A stretch of DNA of 64,000 bases from contig JABJPM010000030.1 of NCBI GenBank assembly GCA_018663865.1, positions 117 to 64,116 on the forward strand, in the 5' to 3' direction. Below are positions 28,905-38,783 of the stretch, piece by piece (within the stretch, counting starts at the first letter, position 1; each line of letters begins with the position of its first letter). Below the pieces are notes generated by a model. That model made no database searches and was not told the origin of the DNA. It worked only from the letters and a program-made list of their open reading frames with translations. A program made the translations under genes and the position numbers. This DNA comes from Candidatus Woesearchaeota archaeon (GTDB lineage Archaea > Nanobdellota > Nanobdellia > SCGC-AAA011-G17 > PNOQ01).

Positions 28905-28953
28905 TATTTGTTAGTTTAATTAGATTTAAATAGTTAGATTTGGTTTCTTTTTT
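28905..28953 (+). promoter_or_regulatory. Conserved promoter-like element (TTTAAATAG TATA-box-like), shared by three genes
   Basis: 'TTTAATTAGATTTAAATAGTTAG' recurs at 27662, 28910 and 29231, each about 25-95 nt upstream of a start codon. Confidence 0.5.
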
Positions 28954-29214
28954 ATGGGAATTTGCGATCATATTAATGGATGTGCTTATGAGCGTAAATC
29001 TGAGGATTATATATGTCAAAACATTTCTAATGCTTCTAATTGTAATTTATATAGAAAACTTTCTAAGTTGCGTTATAAAGGTCTCAAGTATGGTGTGCGT
29101 CGAAGAAGTCCGGAGCTTTCTAAGCTTATTCATGCAATTGAGATAAAGCAGCCTACTCAAGCAGAAGTTGAAGCATCTGTATTTGCTCTTAAACCTTGGT
29201 ACAGAATCATTTAA
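28954..29214 (+). CDS. Small Cys-containing protein, tandem paralog 1 (MGICD...)
   Basis: Shares N-terminus 'MGICD..ER.AY.RK..D..CQNI.N.NLYRKL' and upstream region with 29274-29510. Confidence 0.5.
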   Translation: MGICDHINGCAYERKSEDYICQNISNASNCNLYRKLSKLRYKGLKYGVRRRSPELSKLIHAIEIKQPTQAEVEASVFALKPWYRII

Positions 29215-29273
29215 TTTTTTTAACATTTTTTGAGTTTAATTATATTTAAATAGTTAGATTTTGTTTATTTTTT

Positions 29274-29510
29274 ATGGGAATTTGCGATTATCTTGAGAGA
29301 TATGCTTATAGTCGTAAAAATAGGGATATTATGTGTCAAAATATTCCTAATTATAATTTATATCGAAAATTGAAAGTATATTCTGAGTCAAAATTGGATT
29401 TTCTTGTTTCTAGAAGTAATGTGAGGCCGCTAACTCAAAAGGAAGTTGATGCGGCAAATTATAAAACTAGTTATCGTAAATTTTTTGGAAAATCTAATCG
29501 TCCTCGTTAA
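29274..29510 (+). CDS. Small Cys-containing protein, tandem paralog 2
   Basis: Paralog of 28954-29214. Confidence 0.5.
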   Translation: MGICDYLERYAYSRKNRDIMCQNIPNYNLYRKLKVYSESKLDFLVSRSNVRPLTQKEVDAANYKTSYRKFFGKSNRPR

Positions 29511-29513
29511 AGT

Positions 29514-29708
29514 TTATTTCTTTTTCTTTTGAAAAAATCCTAAGTAAACTATTTCCAATATTGTAAATGTGTTTAGTAATAATGAAGCTATAAACCATTT
29601 TTTTTGTTTATTTCTTGCTGATTTCCATAATGTTACTCCTTTCCATGGAAGTGACCAAATAATTAATGCGGTTATGAACCATTCATTCGATATTATTTCA
29701 AATAACAT
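29514..29708 (-). CDS. Small two-TM membrane protein
   Basis: Two hydrophobic helices; 64 aa. Confidence 0.3.
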   Translation of the reverse strand: MLFEIISNEWFITALIIWSLPWKGVTLWKSARNKQKKWFIASLLLNTFTILEIVYLGFFQKKKK

Positions 29709-29787
29709 ATTATCTTTGGTTGGTTAGTGTTTTTATAGTTTTGTTTTTTTGGGGAAGTTTTTTAAATTCTTAATTGTTTAATTTATT

Positions 29788-31602
29788 ATGAAATGGTTTT
29801 TTATCTTGTTGATATTTGTATTAGTTTTATTTTTAGTTAATTTTGTTAGTTCTGATGATTGTGGCATTGATACCTGTGGTGGATTTTCGCAACCAGATAT
29901 TTTTGATCAAACTAGTATGAGTTATAATTATTGCATTCGTGATTCAGATTGTGTTCAGGAATTTAGGATAACCAACTTGGGAAGTCCAGTTAATTTTGAG
30001 AATTGGAGAGTGCTTGGTTCTAGCCATAGAAGTGAATTAGATATTGATTATCCTTGTAATTGGAATCCTACCGGCGGATATACTTTTTCTGCTGTTGATG
30101 GTTGTATGCCTCCTTCTGGAGGTGAATGTGTTTCACCATTCTATTTAAATGTGGATAGTTCATCTGGTGTAATTACCCTTCCTGCAGACACTTATCCTGT
30201 GGGAGTTGTAGGGGTTAGTTATGGCGGTGCATGTTCGGGCGGTGGATGGGCAGAAGGTTTTAATTGGTATAATTTAAATCCTTTTGCAGATGATTTAGCT
30301 TTTTCTGATCCTGGTTGCGTTGCCGATGAACCTTGTGAAATTTCAATTGCTAGTCAAGATGAAGGAAGAAAGTTTTATGGTGATGTGGCTGTGAGTGGAA
30401 CTGATGATTGTTCAAATTCGCTTTACCTCGATCAAAGTGAGATAACTAAAGAATACTCAGATGGGGCGATTAGGTTTACAATCCCTGCAAATACCTTTTG
30501 TTCTGGCGATATTGAATTGAAAATTTATGATTTAATAGATCATATTAATATTGAAGATCAAAGTGGTGGATGGGTTAGTTTTGTTATGGATGAAGGAGAA
30601 GGGGTTATTGATCCAATTGTTATTGAAGTTTCACCCAATCAATGTTATATTGATCAGAGTTGCGATATTACGATTACTGTTGTTGAAGGAACTATTGATG
30701 TTGATGTTCATTCAATTGAATTTTTCAAAGGTGATGATAGTTTTTGGGAATTAATTGCACTTGATAGTGGGGATGTCATAATTAATGGAAATGTAATTTC
30801 TTATACTCTGCCGCCGAATCTGGTTAATGTAGGGGAGATGAATGTTATATATTCTATATTAAGTACACTTGATATTTTAGATTTGAAAACTATAACGATG
30901 ATTGAATCTCAATCGTCTACATGTATTCCTGATGGCTGTAATGATATTTGTCCGAGTTATTGTACTGCTTCAGATGATCCTGATTGTGGTGCCACTGGTT
31001 GTTGTGGTGATTTTTCTATTGGATTGGGAGAGGTTTGCGAACTTGGTCATGATGGTTCTGCCGGAACCTCTGATGATGATTTGGGTGGAGAAAATTGTAC
31101 TAGTATTCCTGGTGGATTTGATGGTGGAACTCTAGGTTGTTTAGACGATTGTACGTTTGATATTGGTGGATGTTATAATAATGATTTTGTTTGTGGAGAT
31201 AATATTATTCAAACTCCAAATGATGATGGTTTAAATGAAACTTGCGATGGAAGTGCAAATTTTTCTGAAACGTGTATTACTGAAGGATTTGATGATGGAA
31301 CTTTAAGTTGTTTAACTGATTGTACTGGTTTTGATCCAAGTGATTGTAGTTCTCCTGCCCCTGTTGTCGGGCCGGATGAATACATAGTATATACTTCTTG
31401 TGAAGAAGATGGGGATGGAAATCAGTATGGGGTTTCGAATTGGACTTTGTATGCGGGAAATGGTTCCCAATTAAATAGTAGTAGTGCTTTATGTATTTTA
31501 TATAGTTCTGAAGTTCCGTTTTCTGGAATTATAGGAATTCTATTATTTCTTGTGGTGATATTTGGATTCTATTATAGAGAAAATTACCAACCTAAACTTT
31601 GA
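29788..31602 (+). CDS. Large Cys/Asp-rich secreted surface protein with N-terminal signal peptide and C-terminal TM anchor
   Basis: Signal peptide 'FFILLIFVLVLFLVNFVSS'; DDxG/Cys-rich repeats; C-terminal 'IIGILLFLVVIFGFYY'. Last seven codons lie inside the 66-bp repeat. Confidence 0.6.
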   Translation: MKWFFILLIFVLVLFLVNFVSSDDCGIDTCGGFSQPDIFDQTSMSYNYCIRDSDCVQEFRITNLGSPVNFENWRVLGSSHRSELDIDYPCNWNPTGGYTFSAVDGCMPPSGGECVSPFYLNVDSSSGVITLPADTYPVGVVGVSYGGACSGGGWAEGFNWYNLNPFADDLAFSDPGCVADEPCEISIASQDEGRKFYGDVAVSGTDDCSNSLYLDQSEITKEYSDGAIRFTIPANTFCSGDIELKIYDLIDHINIEDQSGGWVSFVMDEGEGVIDPIVIEVSPNQCYIDQSCDITITVVEGTIDVDVHSIEFFKGDDSFWELIALDSGDVIINGNVISYTLPPNLVNVGEMNVIYSILSTLDILDLKTITMIESQSSTCIPDGCNDICPSYCTASDDPDCGATGCCGDFSIGLGEVCELGHDGSAGTSDDDLGGENCTSIPGGFDGGTLGCLDDCTFDIGGCYNNDFVCGDNIIQTPNDDGLNETCDGSANFSETCITEGFDDGTLSCLTDCTGFDPSDCSSPAPVVGPDEYIVYTSCEEDGDGNQYGVSNWTLYAGNGSQLNSSSALCILYSSEVPFSGIIGILLFLVVIFGFYYRENYQPKL

Positions 31603-31647
31603 ATCAATTTATCCAAATTGAATTTTTCTATATCTTTCAATTCTTGT
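31582..31647. repeat. Perfect 66-bp direct repeat, copy 1 (also encodes the C-terminal seven codons of the surface protein)
   Basis: Identical to 32448-32513. Confidence 0.95.
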
Positions 31648-31697
31648 TTGCCAAACACCAGAAAAGGATTTATAAATACGCAATTACTAGTTATATC

Positions 31698-32252
31698 ATG
31701 CGTTTACTACCTGAAAAAAATATTTTGGATAAGTTTTGTATAAAATTCTGCAGATTAATCGAAAGATATACAGAATATATAATTGTTTCTGGATTTGTAG
31801 TAATTTCTTCAGGTAGGGCAAGATCTACTGAAGACATAGATATGATAATCCCTAATCAAACTAAAGAGAAATTCGAAATTATTCATAAAAGTCTCGAAAA
31901 TGACGGATTTGTTTGTTTACAATCAAATAATTATGAAGAGATATATGATTATTTAATTAATGATACTAGTGTTAGATATACTCTAAAAAATAAACCTCTT
32001 CCTGAAATGGAATTAAAATTTGCAAAAGATAAATTAGATGATTATCAAATAAAAACAAAAACAAAATTGGAATTGACAGGATTGGATATTTGGTTTAGTT
32101 CTATAGAAATGAATATTGCATTTAAAGAAAATTATCTTAAAAGCAAGAAAGATTTAGAGGATGCGCGACATTTAAGAATTGTTTACGAAGAATTAATAAA
32201 TGAGGAAGAAATAATTAATATTAAAAGAATGATAATGGAGTCAAGGTTATGA
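31698..32252 (+). CDS. Minimal nucleotidyltransferase-fold protein
   Basis: NTase motif 'ISSGRARSTEDIDMII' (hG[GS]...D[IL]D). Confidence 0.5.
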   Translation: MRLLPEKNILDKFCIKFCRLIERYTEYIIVSGFVVISSGRARSTEDIDMIIPNQTKEKFEIIHKSLENDGFVCLQSNNYEEIYDYLINDTSVRYTLKNKPLPEMELKFAKDKLDDYQIKTKTKLELTGLDIWFSSIEMNIAFKENYLKSKKDLEDARHLRIVYEELINEEEIINIKRMIMESRL

Positions 32253-32449
32253 AAGATCAAAGAATCGCATCTGTAGAAACTTGGGCAAAATATGTTCGAT
32301 CAAATAAAAATTGGAAAAATGAACACACGAAATTTATTAATGCCCAATTTAAAAAACATGATAGAATATTAAGTAAATTATCTAAAGAAAAAATAATAAA
32401 ATTATATGGTATTAAAAATGTTAGTGGATACACTAAATTGCTGAAATAA
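32249..32449 (+). CDS. Small basic protein (66 aa), possible partner of the nucleotidyltransferase
   Basis: Translationally coupled overlap ATGA with upstream ORF. Confidence 0.3.
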   Translation: MKDQRIASVETWAKYVRSNKNWKNEHTKFINAQFKKHDRILSKLSKEKIIKLYGIKNVSGYTKLLK

Positions 32450-32513
32450 TTACCAACCTAAACTTTGAATCAATTTATCCAAATTGAATTTTTCTATATC
32501 TTTCAATTCTTGT
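32448..32513. repeat. Perfect 66-bp direct repeat, copy 2 (encodes the C-terminal 21 codons of FtsY on the minus strand)
   Basis: Identical to 31582-31647. Confidence 0.95.
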
Positions 32514-33505
32514 CCAGTACCAAGATAGAGAATTGGTTTATCAGTTACGTGAGAAATTGAGATTGCAGTTCCACCTTTTTCATCAACATCTGCTTTAGAA
32601 AGAATTATGCCATCTATTCCAACGGATTTGTTAAATGTTGTGGCTTGTTCTATGCAATCATTTCCAGTAATTGATTCCCCTACAAATATTTTTAAATCAG
32701 GTTTTGCAATACGAACTATTTTTTTTAGTTCATCTCTCAAATTAATATTTGAATGCATCCTTCCGGCAGTATCTATCAGGACCACATCTACTTTTTTCGC
32801 CTTGGCATGTTGTATCGCATCAAATGCTACTGCCGCAGCATCTGAACCGTAATCATGTTTTATTAGTTTAACATCTAATTTGTCTGCCCAGATCTGTAAT
32901 TGATCTATTGCTGCTGCCCTGAATGTGTCTGAGGCTGATAGGGCAATCTTTAGGTCATTTGATTGTAATAGTTTTGTCAATTTTGCGGTTGTTGTTGTTT
33001 TTCCAGAACCGTTCACCCCTAGAAGTAAAATAACATATGGTTTTTCAGATTCTTTTATTTTATCGACCAAATCAAAATTTGAATCTTTAAATAATTCTTT
33101 TATTGCGTCTTTTAATGAGTCGCCAATTATTTGTTCTATATTATTTTTGTTTAATGGCACATTTACCAAATCCACTTTTAATGATTCTTTTATTTTTTCT
33201 ATTGCCTCTACTGCAACATTGTTTTCTAATAATGCTAATTCTAATTCCCAGAATAAATTTTCGAATTCTTTTTCAGAAATCTTTTTTGTGGTTACTTTTT
33301 CTTTTAATTTGGAAGCTAGAGATTGTTTTGGTTCTTTTTCAATTATTGCCTGTATTTTTTCTTTTGTTTCTTTTTCAATTATTGTGTCAGGTTCAACTTT
33401 CTCTTCTTTGATCATTTCTACAATTTCTTCTTGTGCTTTTTCTTCAACCTCTTGAGAGATATTTTTTACTGCACCCTTTATCTTCTTTTTTAGAAACTTA
33501 AACAT
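32450..33505 (-). CDS. ftsY: SRP receptor FtsY
   Basis: 'LLGVNGSGKTTTTAKL', 'DTAGR', acidic/lysine-rich N-terminal A domain. Confidence 0.93.
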   Translation of the reverse strand: MFKFLKKKIKGAVKNISQEVEEKAQEEIVEMIKEEKVEPDTIIEKETKEKIQAIIEKEPKQSLASKLKEKVTTKKISEKEFENLFWELELALLENNVAVEAIEKIKESLKVDLVNVPLNKNNIEQIIGDSLKDAIKELFKDSNFDLVDKIKESEKPYVILLLGVNGSGKTTTTAKLTKLLQSNDLKIALSASDTFRAAAIDQLQIWADKLDVKLIKHDYGSDAAAVAFDAIQHAKAKKVDVVLIDTAGRMHSNINLRDELKKIVRIAKPDLKIFVGESITGNDCIEQATTFNKSVGIDGIILSKADVDEKGGTAISISHVTDKPILYLGTGQELKDIEKFNLDKLIQSLGW

Positions 33506-33558
33506 GATTTGAATGTAAATAAAGAGTTTTATAAAGGTTTTTGTGTTGTTTTTTTTAT

Positions 33559-33927
33559 ATGAAATATCTAAATGAATTGAAGGATTTGGGTTTACCCGAA
33601 AATGAGTATGCTATTTTTGGTAGTGGTCCATTGGCAATAAGATCATTGAGAGAAAATTTAGATATTGATATTGTCGTTTCCGAAAATCTTTGGAATAATT
33701 TAATTGATAAGTATGGTTTAAGTGGCAGGTGTGTATGTATTGGTAATGTTGATGTTTATCGAGATTGGTTTGGGATGGATATTGATGATTTAATTAAAAA
33801 CTCTGAAATTATTGAGGGTTTTAGATATGTATGTTTAAATGATGTTGTTAAATGGAAAGAAAATACTTCTAGAGATAAAGATAAAAAAGATTTAATTTTA
33901 ATTAGGGATTATCTTAAGAATAATTAA
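33559..33927 (+). CDS. Nucleotidyltransferase-fold small protein
   Basis: 'FGSGPLAIRSLRENLDIDIVV' NTase-like motif. Confidence 0.4.
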   Translation: MKYLNELKDLGLPENEYAIFGSGPLAIRSLRENLDIDIVVSENLWNNLIDKYGLSGRCVCIGNVDVYRDWFGMDIDDLIKNSEIIEGFRYVCLNDVVKWKENTSRDKDKKDLILIRDYLKNN

Positions 33928-34594
33928 TTTTATTTTTGATTTTTTTGATTGCCCTTTTTCTTCCTTTGTCTCTTTCTTCTTTTAATTCTGGTGAATCATA
34001 GATTTCCTCTTTTGTTATTATCATCATATCTAGTCCGCCGGAATATAAATCATGTATTGCAAAATTTAATGCAGTTTCTGCTAAATCTATTCCTTGTTCT
34101 AAAGTTATATTATTTGAATCTAGTGGATCTCTTCTTCCTTTTGCTAGGGATATAATTTGTTCTGAATCTAAATATTCTTCTACATATTGCGAACCGCTAC
34201 CCATGTATATTCCTAATCTTTCTTCTACTCCACCCAATGGCCAACAAGTATAAAGTTTTGGTTCTTCTTCAAAATTTGTTGCTAAAAATAACCCATTATA
34301 GGTATCGTCTGGAATTTGATTGTCCCATCTATTAAGGTTCAATCCCAATAATTCCGGAAATATTCCTGTTTCAACAATTTGTTCGATGTCGTACTTATCC
34401 TCTTTTAATTCTTCTAAGAAGTTTTCAAATTCTTGGTCATAGATTCCTGCAATTCCAAAGACTGCATTTCTACTTTTGTTAATATGTAATTTTCTAATAA
34501 TACTTTTTTGATCTCCGGCAGTCCCTTGCAAATCGGATGCCATTATTATTCCTTTTTTCCCTTTTTCCGCTTTTAATCCTAATACTGTAGTCAT
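33914..34594 (-). CDS. Proteasome beta-type / HslV-like N-terminal-nucleophile peptidase
   Basis: Thr directly after Met ('MTTVLGL'), 'GIIMASD' and 'GSGSQY' family motifs. Confidence 0.6.
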   Translation of the reverse strand: MTTVLGLKAEKGKKGIIMASDLQGTAGDQKSIIRKLHINKSRNAVFGIAGIYDQEFENFLEELKEDKYDIEQIVETGIFPELLGLNLNRWDNQIPDDTYNGLFLATNFEEEPKLYTCWPLGGVEERLGIYMGSGSQYVEEYLDSEQIISLAKGRRDPLDSNNITLEQGIDLAETALNFAIHDLYSGGLDMMIITKEEIYDSPELKEERDKGRKRAIKKIKNKINYS

Positions 34595-34618
34595 TCAATA
34601 TTTGAATTAGGGTAGAAC

Positions 34619-35410
34619 TTATAATACTTTGGAATTGAAAACTTTTTCAAATTGTATTGTAGAATCATCTATTTTATTTTTCTTTATTAATTTTTTCAAG
34701 TCTTGAATATCTTTATTTTCTGGATCTTCAGGAAGTTTTTTTATTGGTTTCTCTTTTTTCTCAATAACTTTTTTTATTTTTTTTCTCAATAACTTTTTTA
34801 TTGTTTTTTCATCAACTTTGGAAACTTCTGAATATGCATGTTGTTTTAATAATGACATTTTAAGATGAGCCTTTAAATCGCTCAATTCTTTCGCCAATTC
34901 ATCATTCCTTTTGAAGGCGATTGTTTTGTTAAATATCTTCATCACTTCTGGAAAAATTGATAATGCTCTATCGTAGTTTTGTTCTCTAATCATGGTTTTT
35001 ATTGTTTCTAATAATAAACTTAATTCTGCTTTGTGAATTTTGTGCCCATATACTTTATATGCTTGTGAATAATTGTGTTGCAAGTATGAATAAAATCTTT
35101 CTGGAATTTCTCCGATTTTATGAAATAGATAGTCATTAACATCTGTCAACTTTTTATTTATTGCTTCAATATCATCTGTCTTTGTAACCCTTATTAATTC
35201 TTGGACTTTCATCAAAAGAATTAATTTATTTTGAGTAATCTGATAGTCTTCATAGTGAATGTGCCTTAGTTCATTTCCCAGATTCAGATATTCTTCTTGT
35301 AGTTTAGAATAAAGAGCTAATGCCATAGTAAATTTTCTGTTTTTTAAATTTTCATCTATCGCTTCTTTTATTAGCGTGAATTTTAATTTGTTTTTTTTCT
35401 TGAAAAACAT
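34619..35410 (-). CDS. Hypothetical alpha-helical protein (263 aa)
   Basis: ORF; lysine-rich C-terminus with a small internal tandem duplication. Confidence 0.35.
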   Translation of the reverse strand: MFFKKKNKLKFTLIKEAIDENLKNRKFTMALALYSKLQEEYLNLGNELRHIHYEDYQITQNKLILLMKVQELIRVTKTDDIEAINKKLTDVNDYLFHKIGEIPERFYSYLQHNYSQAYKVYGHKIHKAELSLLLETIKTMIREQNYDRALSIFPEVMKIFNKTIAFKRNDELAKELSDLKAHLKMSLLKQHAYSEVSKVDEKTIKKLLRKKIKKVIEKKEKPIKKLPEDPENKDIQDLKKLIKKNKIDDSTIQFEKVFNSKVL

Positions 35411-35432
35411 ATAAGAATTTAGATTAGTTATT

Positions 35433-35978
35433 TTATAAAAGTTTTTGTTGAGATAGTTTTGAATAATAATGTTTTAAATTTTTAATTATGCAATTTTCAA
35501 GATCATTTGTGACATTTCTTTTTCCTAATCTTATATCTGCCAATTGATTTTCATATGCATCTATTTCTGCAATAATTGTAGTTTGAATTATATAATCTTC
35601 TTTCTGTTCTATTGAATAGTTTTCAGATTTTAATATTGATAATTGGGGAAAATATTTTTCAGGATGCATGTATGCTTGCTTTGCATGCCTTAGTTCGTGT
35701 TCCATAGTAGATAAAAAATTTTCCTTTGTACTTCCTATGAACCATGTGAATGAGGTTGGATAAACGACAATGTCTGATTTTGTCCCCATTATTCCACTAA
35801 GTAAATTTTGATTTGGATTAATAACAGTCCTCATTGCAATTTCGTTTTCTAAATCTATATTTTTGTATTGATTTGTTGAATCATATTTTATAGAATTTAC
35901 AAATGCCCTTTTCAATTCCAATTTATTTAGAAATTCTTGCCTCAATTCTGGATTTTCTTTTGATTCTTCAAACAACAT
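35433..35978 (-). CDS. Hypothetical HExxH-motif protein
   Basis: 'MEHELRHAKQ' motif. Confidence 0.35.
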   Translation of the reverse strand: MLFEESKENPELRQEFLNKLELKRAFVNSIKYDSTNQYKNIDLENEIAMRTVINPNQNLLSGIMGTKSDIVVYPTSFTWFIGSTKENFLSTMEHELRHAKQAYMHPEKYFPQLSILKSENYSIEQKEDYIIQTTIIAEIDAYENQLADIRLGKRNVTNDLENCIIKNLKHYYSKLSQQKLL

Positions 35979-35979
35979 T

Positions 35980-37590
35980 TTACATCATTGGGGGCATTCC
36001 ACCTTGTGGAATTTCTTGCCCATTTGTTGATGCTGCAATTATGTCATCGATTCTTAAAATCAATTCCGCAACTTCTGAAGCAGATTTTATTGCCTGAGTT
36101 TTAACCTTGAGTGGTTCTAAAACTTTTGCATCCCAAGAGTTTACAATTTTCCCATTATAAACATCTATTCCTGCCCATTTTTCATTGTTATCATGTTTAA
36201 CTTTCATTTCAGTTAACATATCGATAGGATCAAGGCCAGCATTTTCTGCCAATGTTTTTGGAATTATTTCTAGTGCTTCTGCAAATGCAAGAACTGCTAG
36301 TTGCTCTCTTCCACTTAATGTGTGTGCATATTCTTTCAATTGTTTGGAAACTTCCATTTCTGGTGAACCTGCGCCCGCTACAATTTTCCCATCGTTTAGT
36401 GCTGCAGTTATATCTCCTAATGCGTCAGTTATTGCTCTTTCAACTTCGTCAACAACGTGTTCTGTTCCACCCCTAACTAAGATTGTTACTGCTTTTGGAT
36501 TTTCACATTTTGTTATGAAAGTCATTTTTTCATTACTGATTTTTCTTTCCTCAACAAGCCCTGCGAACCCTAAATCTTCTTTTGATAATTCTTTCAAGTT
36601 ACTTACAATCTTTCCTGAAGTTGCTTTTGCAATTTTCCTCATGTCGGATTCTTTCACCCTTCTCAATGCAAAAATTCCTTTTTTTGCTAAGAAATATTGT
36701 GCCATATCATCAATTCCTTTTTGACAGATAACTACTTTTGCTCCAGAATCATTTATTCTATCAGTCATTTCTTTTAGGATTGATTCCTCTTTATCTAAGA
36801 AAGATTGTAGTTGTGCCGGATCTGAAATTTGTATTTTCGCATCTATCTCTGTATCTTTGATTTCTAATGGTATGTCAATTAATGCGACGTTAGCATTTTC
36901 TAATTTCTTTGGCATTTCTGAATGTGTTCTTTCTTTGTCTATAACAATTCCTTTGATTAATTCAGAATCTTCTATGCCCTCGCCAACTTTTTTTTCAATT
37001 TTAATATTATCTTTATCTGTTTTTTCTGTTGTTACTTGAGTTATTGCGTGTAAACAAATATCGGAAATTTTATCTTTTGCAGATTCTACTCCTTTTCCAG
37101 TCATTGCTGTTTCAGCAATATATTTTAATAATTCTTGATCGTTTATGTTTATATCTTCGGCGATCTCATTTAGAATTTTGTTTGCTTTTTCAGATGCCAA
37201 TCTGTAACCTCTTGTGATGACAGTTGGATGAATTTTTTCATCTAATAATTTTTCAGCATTTTTCAATAATTCTCCTGCAATAATTACTGCAGTTGTTGTT
37301 CCATCGCCAACTTCATTTTCTTGAGTTTTTGCAACTTCAACAATCATTTTTGCAGTTGGATGTTCTACTGCAATTTCATCTAGAATTGTAACACCATCAT
37401 TTGTGATTGTTACATTATTATAAGGATCTACTAACATTTTATCCATTCCTTTTGGACCTAATGTTGTTCTAACTGTTTCTGCAACTATTTTTGCAGCCAT
37501 AATGTTGTTTCTTTGTGCATCTTTGCCTAATGTTCTTTGTGCATCTTCTGGTAGAATATATACTGGTTGTTTATCTGTCATTTTTATCAT
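35980..37590 (-). CDS. ths: Thermosome subunit (group II chaperonin)
   Basis: '[11 protein letters not shown]', '[15 protein letters not shown]' are canonical. Confidence 0.95.
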   Translation of the reverse strand: MIKMTDKQPVYILPEDAQRTLGKDAQRNNIMAAKIVAETVRTTLGPKGMDKMLVDPYNNVTITNDGVTILDEIAVEHPTAKMIVEVAKTQENEVGDGTTTAVIIAGELLKNAEKLLDEKIHPTVITRGYRLASEKANKILNEIAEDININDQELLKYIAETAMTGKGVESAKDKISDICLHAITQVTTEKTDKDNIKIEKKVGEGIEDSELIKGIVIDKERTHSEMPKKLENANVALIDIPLEIKDTEIDAKIQISDPAQLQSFLDKEESILKEMTDRINDSGAKVVICQKGIDDMAQYFLAKKGIFALRRVKESDMRKIAKATSGKIVSNLKELSKEDLGFAGLVEERKISNEKMTFITKCENPKAVTILVRGGTEHVVDEVERAITDALGDITAALNDGKIVAGAGSPEMEVSKQLKEYAHTLSGREQLAVLAFAEALEIIPKTLAENAGLDPIDMLTEMKVKHDNNEKWAGIDVYNGKIVNSWDAKVLEPLKVKTQAIKSASEVAELILRIDDIIAASTNGQEIPQGGMPPMM

Positions 37591-37711
37591 AACCTCCGGA
37601 GCTAGTTTTTTGACGCTTGATCCTTTTATAAATGTTTTGGTTTTGTCCCTTTTCAGTAGGGATATTTTTTATCACAGATAACTTTATTAATTTGCAAGTA
37701 TTATTTTTATT

Positions 37712-38248
37712 ATGAAAACCGGCATAAAGATTGTTGATGCGATGACTGCGAATCCAATTTCTGTCAATGCAGATGAAAATGTATTGAATTGTGTTAAAAA
37801 GATGATTGATGAACAAGTTGGAAGTGTGCTTGTTGTTGATGAAACCAAATTATTGGGTATTGTTACTGAGCGAGACTTATTGAATAAGGTTATTGCTAAG
37901 AATGTAGACCTTAAGAAAACTCCCATTAGCGAAGTAATGTCAAAAAAACCAATTTATGCTGAACCTGAATTAGATATTTATGATGCAATGGTTTTAATGA
38001 GAATTGAAGAAATTAGAAGGTTGCCTGTTATTGATAAGGGAATTGTGGTTGGAGTTCTCACCCACAAAGACATATTAAGTATTCAACCAGAATTATATGA
38101 TATTGTTATTGAATCTTTCAAAATTAAAGATGGTGATCGAAAAGCTTCGCTGAATGGATTTATGGAAGGAAATTGCTATGCTTGCAAATCTCATGGACCT
38201 TTAACCAAGATTGGTGGCAAGTGGTTATGCGATTCTTGCAAAGAGTAA
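37712..38248 (+). CDS. CBS-domain pair protein with C-terminal zinc ribbon
   Basis: Two CBS repeats ('VLVVDE..LLGIVTERDLL', 'LPVIDKGIVVGVLTHKDIL'); 'CYACKSHG...CDSCK'. Confidence 0.7.
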   Translation: MKTGIKIVDAMTANPISVNADENVLNCVKKMIDEQVGSVLVVDETKLLGIVTERDLLNKVIAKNVDLKKTPISEVMSKKPIYAEPELDIYDAMVLMRIEEIRRLPVIDKGIVVGVLTHKDILSIQPELYDIVIESFKIKDGDRKASLNGFMEGNCYACKSHGPLTKIGGKWLCDSCKE

Positions 38249-38261
38249 AGTTTATTAATCG

Positions 38262-38759
38262 TTGATTCTAAAGTTTAATATGGTCAGTGAAACTATAAAG
38301 GTTTTTTCTAAACACAATATGAAATATCATGGCGTTTTTGATTTGAGTAGATTATATTCTGAAATGAAAGGCTGGATTGTTGATAATGATTATTCCTTTG
38401 AAGAAAAAGAGCATGCAGATAAAGTAAAAGATAAAGGGCATGAGATAAAATATGTTTTATTGGGTGAGAAAAAAGTTACTGATTACATCAAGTACAAGGT
38501 TAGTATTGAAATAATCGCTGCTGAAGTAAATTCCCTTTCTGAAAATTTAGTTAGTGGAAAATTAAACTTTATTATTGATACTGATCTAGAATTGGATTAT
38601 AAAGAAAAATGGGGAATTTCTAGGATGGCCATGTTTTTCTTCAACATTTATAATAATTATTTGGTTAAGGATGAAATTGAAAATCATGAAGAAAAATTAT
38701 ATGATGAATCATTGAATTTGCAGGACTTGGCAAAAGATGTTTTGGAATTCAATCGTTAG
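38262..38759 (+). CDS. Member C of the about 163-aa paralogous family (see 17735-18753)
   Basis: Shared motifs GKLNFII / KEKWGISR. Confidence 0.5.
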   Translation: MILKFNMVSETIKVFSKHNMKYHGVFDLSRLYSEMKGWIVDNDYSFEEKEHADKVKDKGHEIKYVLLGEKKVTDYIKYKVSIEIIAAEVNSLSENLVSGKLNFIIDTDLELDYKEKWGISRMAMFFFNIYNNYLVKDEIENHEEKLYDESLNLQDLAKDVLEFNR

Positions 38760-38783
38760 TTTTTTAAAGGTTTTAATCAATTT

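Noticed and set aside
34770-34810. Short tandem duplication (tttttttattttttttctcaataacttttttta x2) inside ORF 34619-35410
   Set aside because: Simple in-frame microduplication of a K-rich segment; not an independent element.
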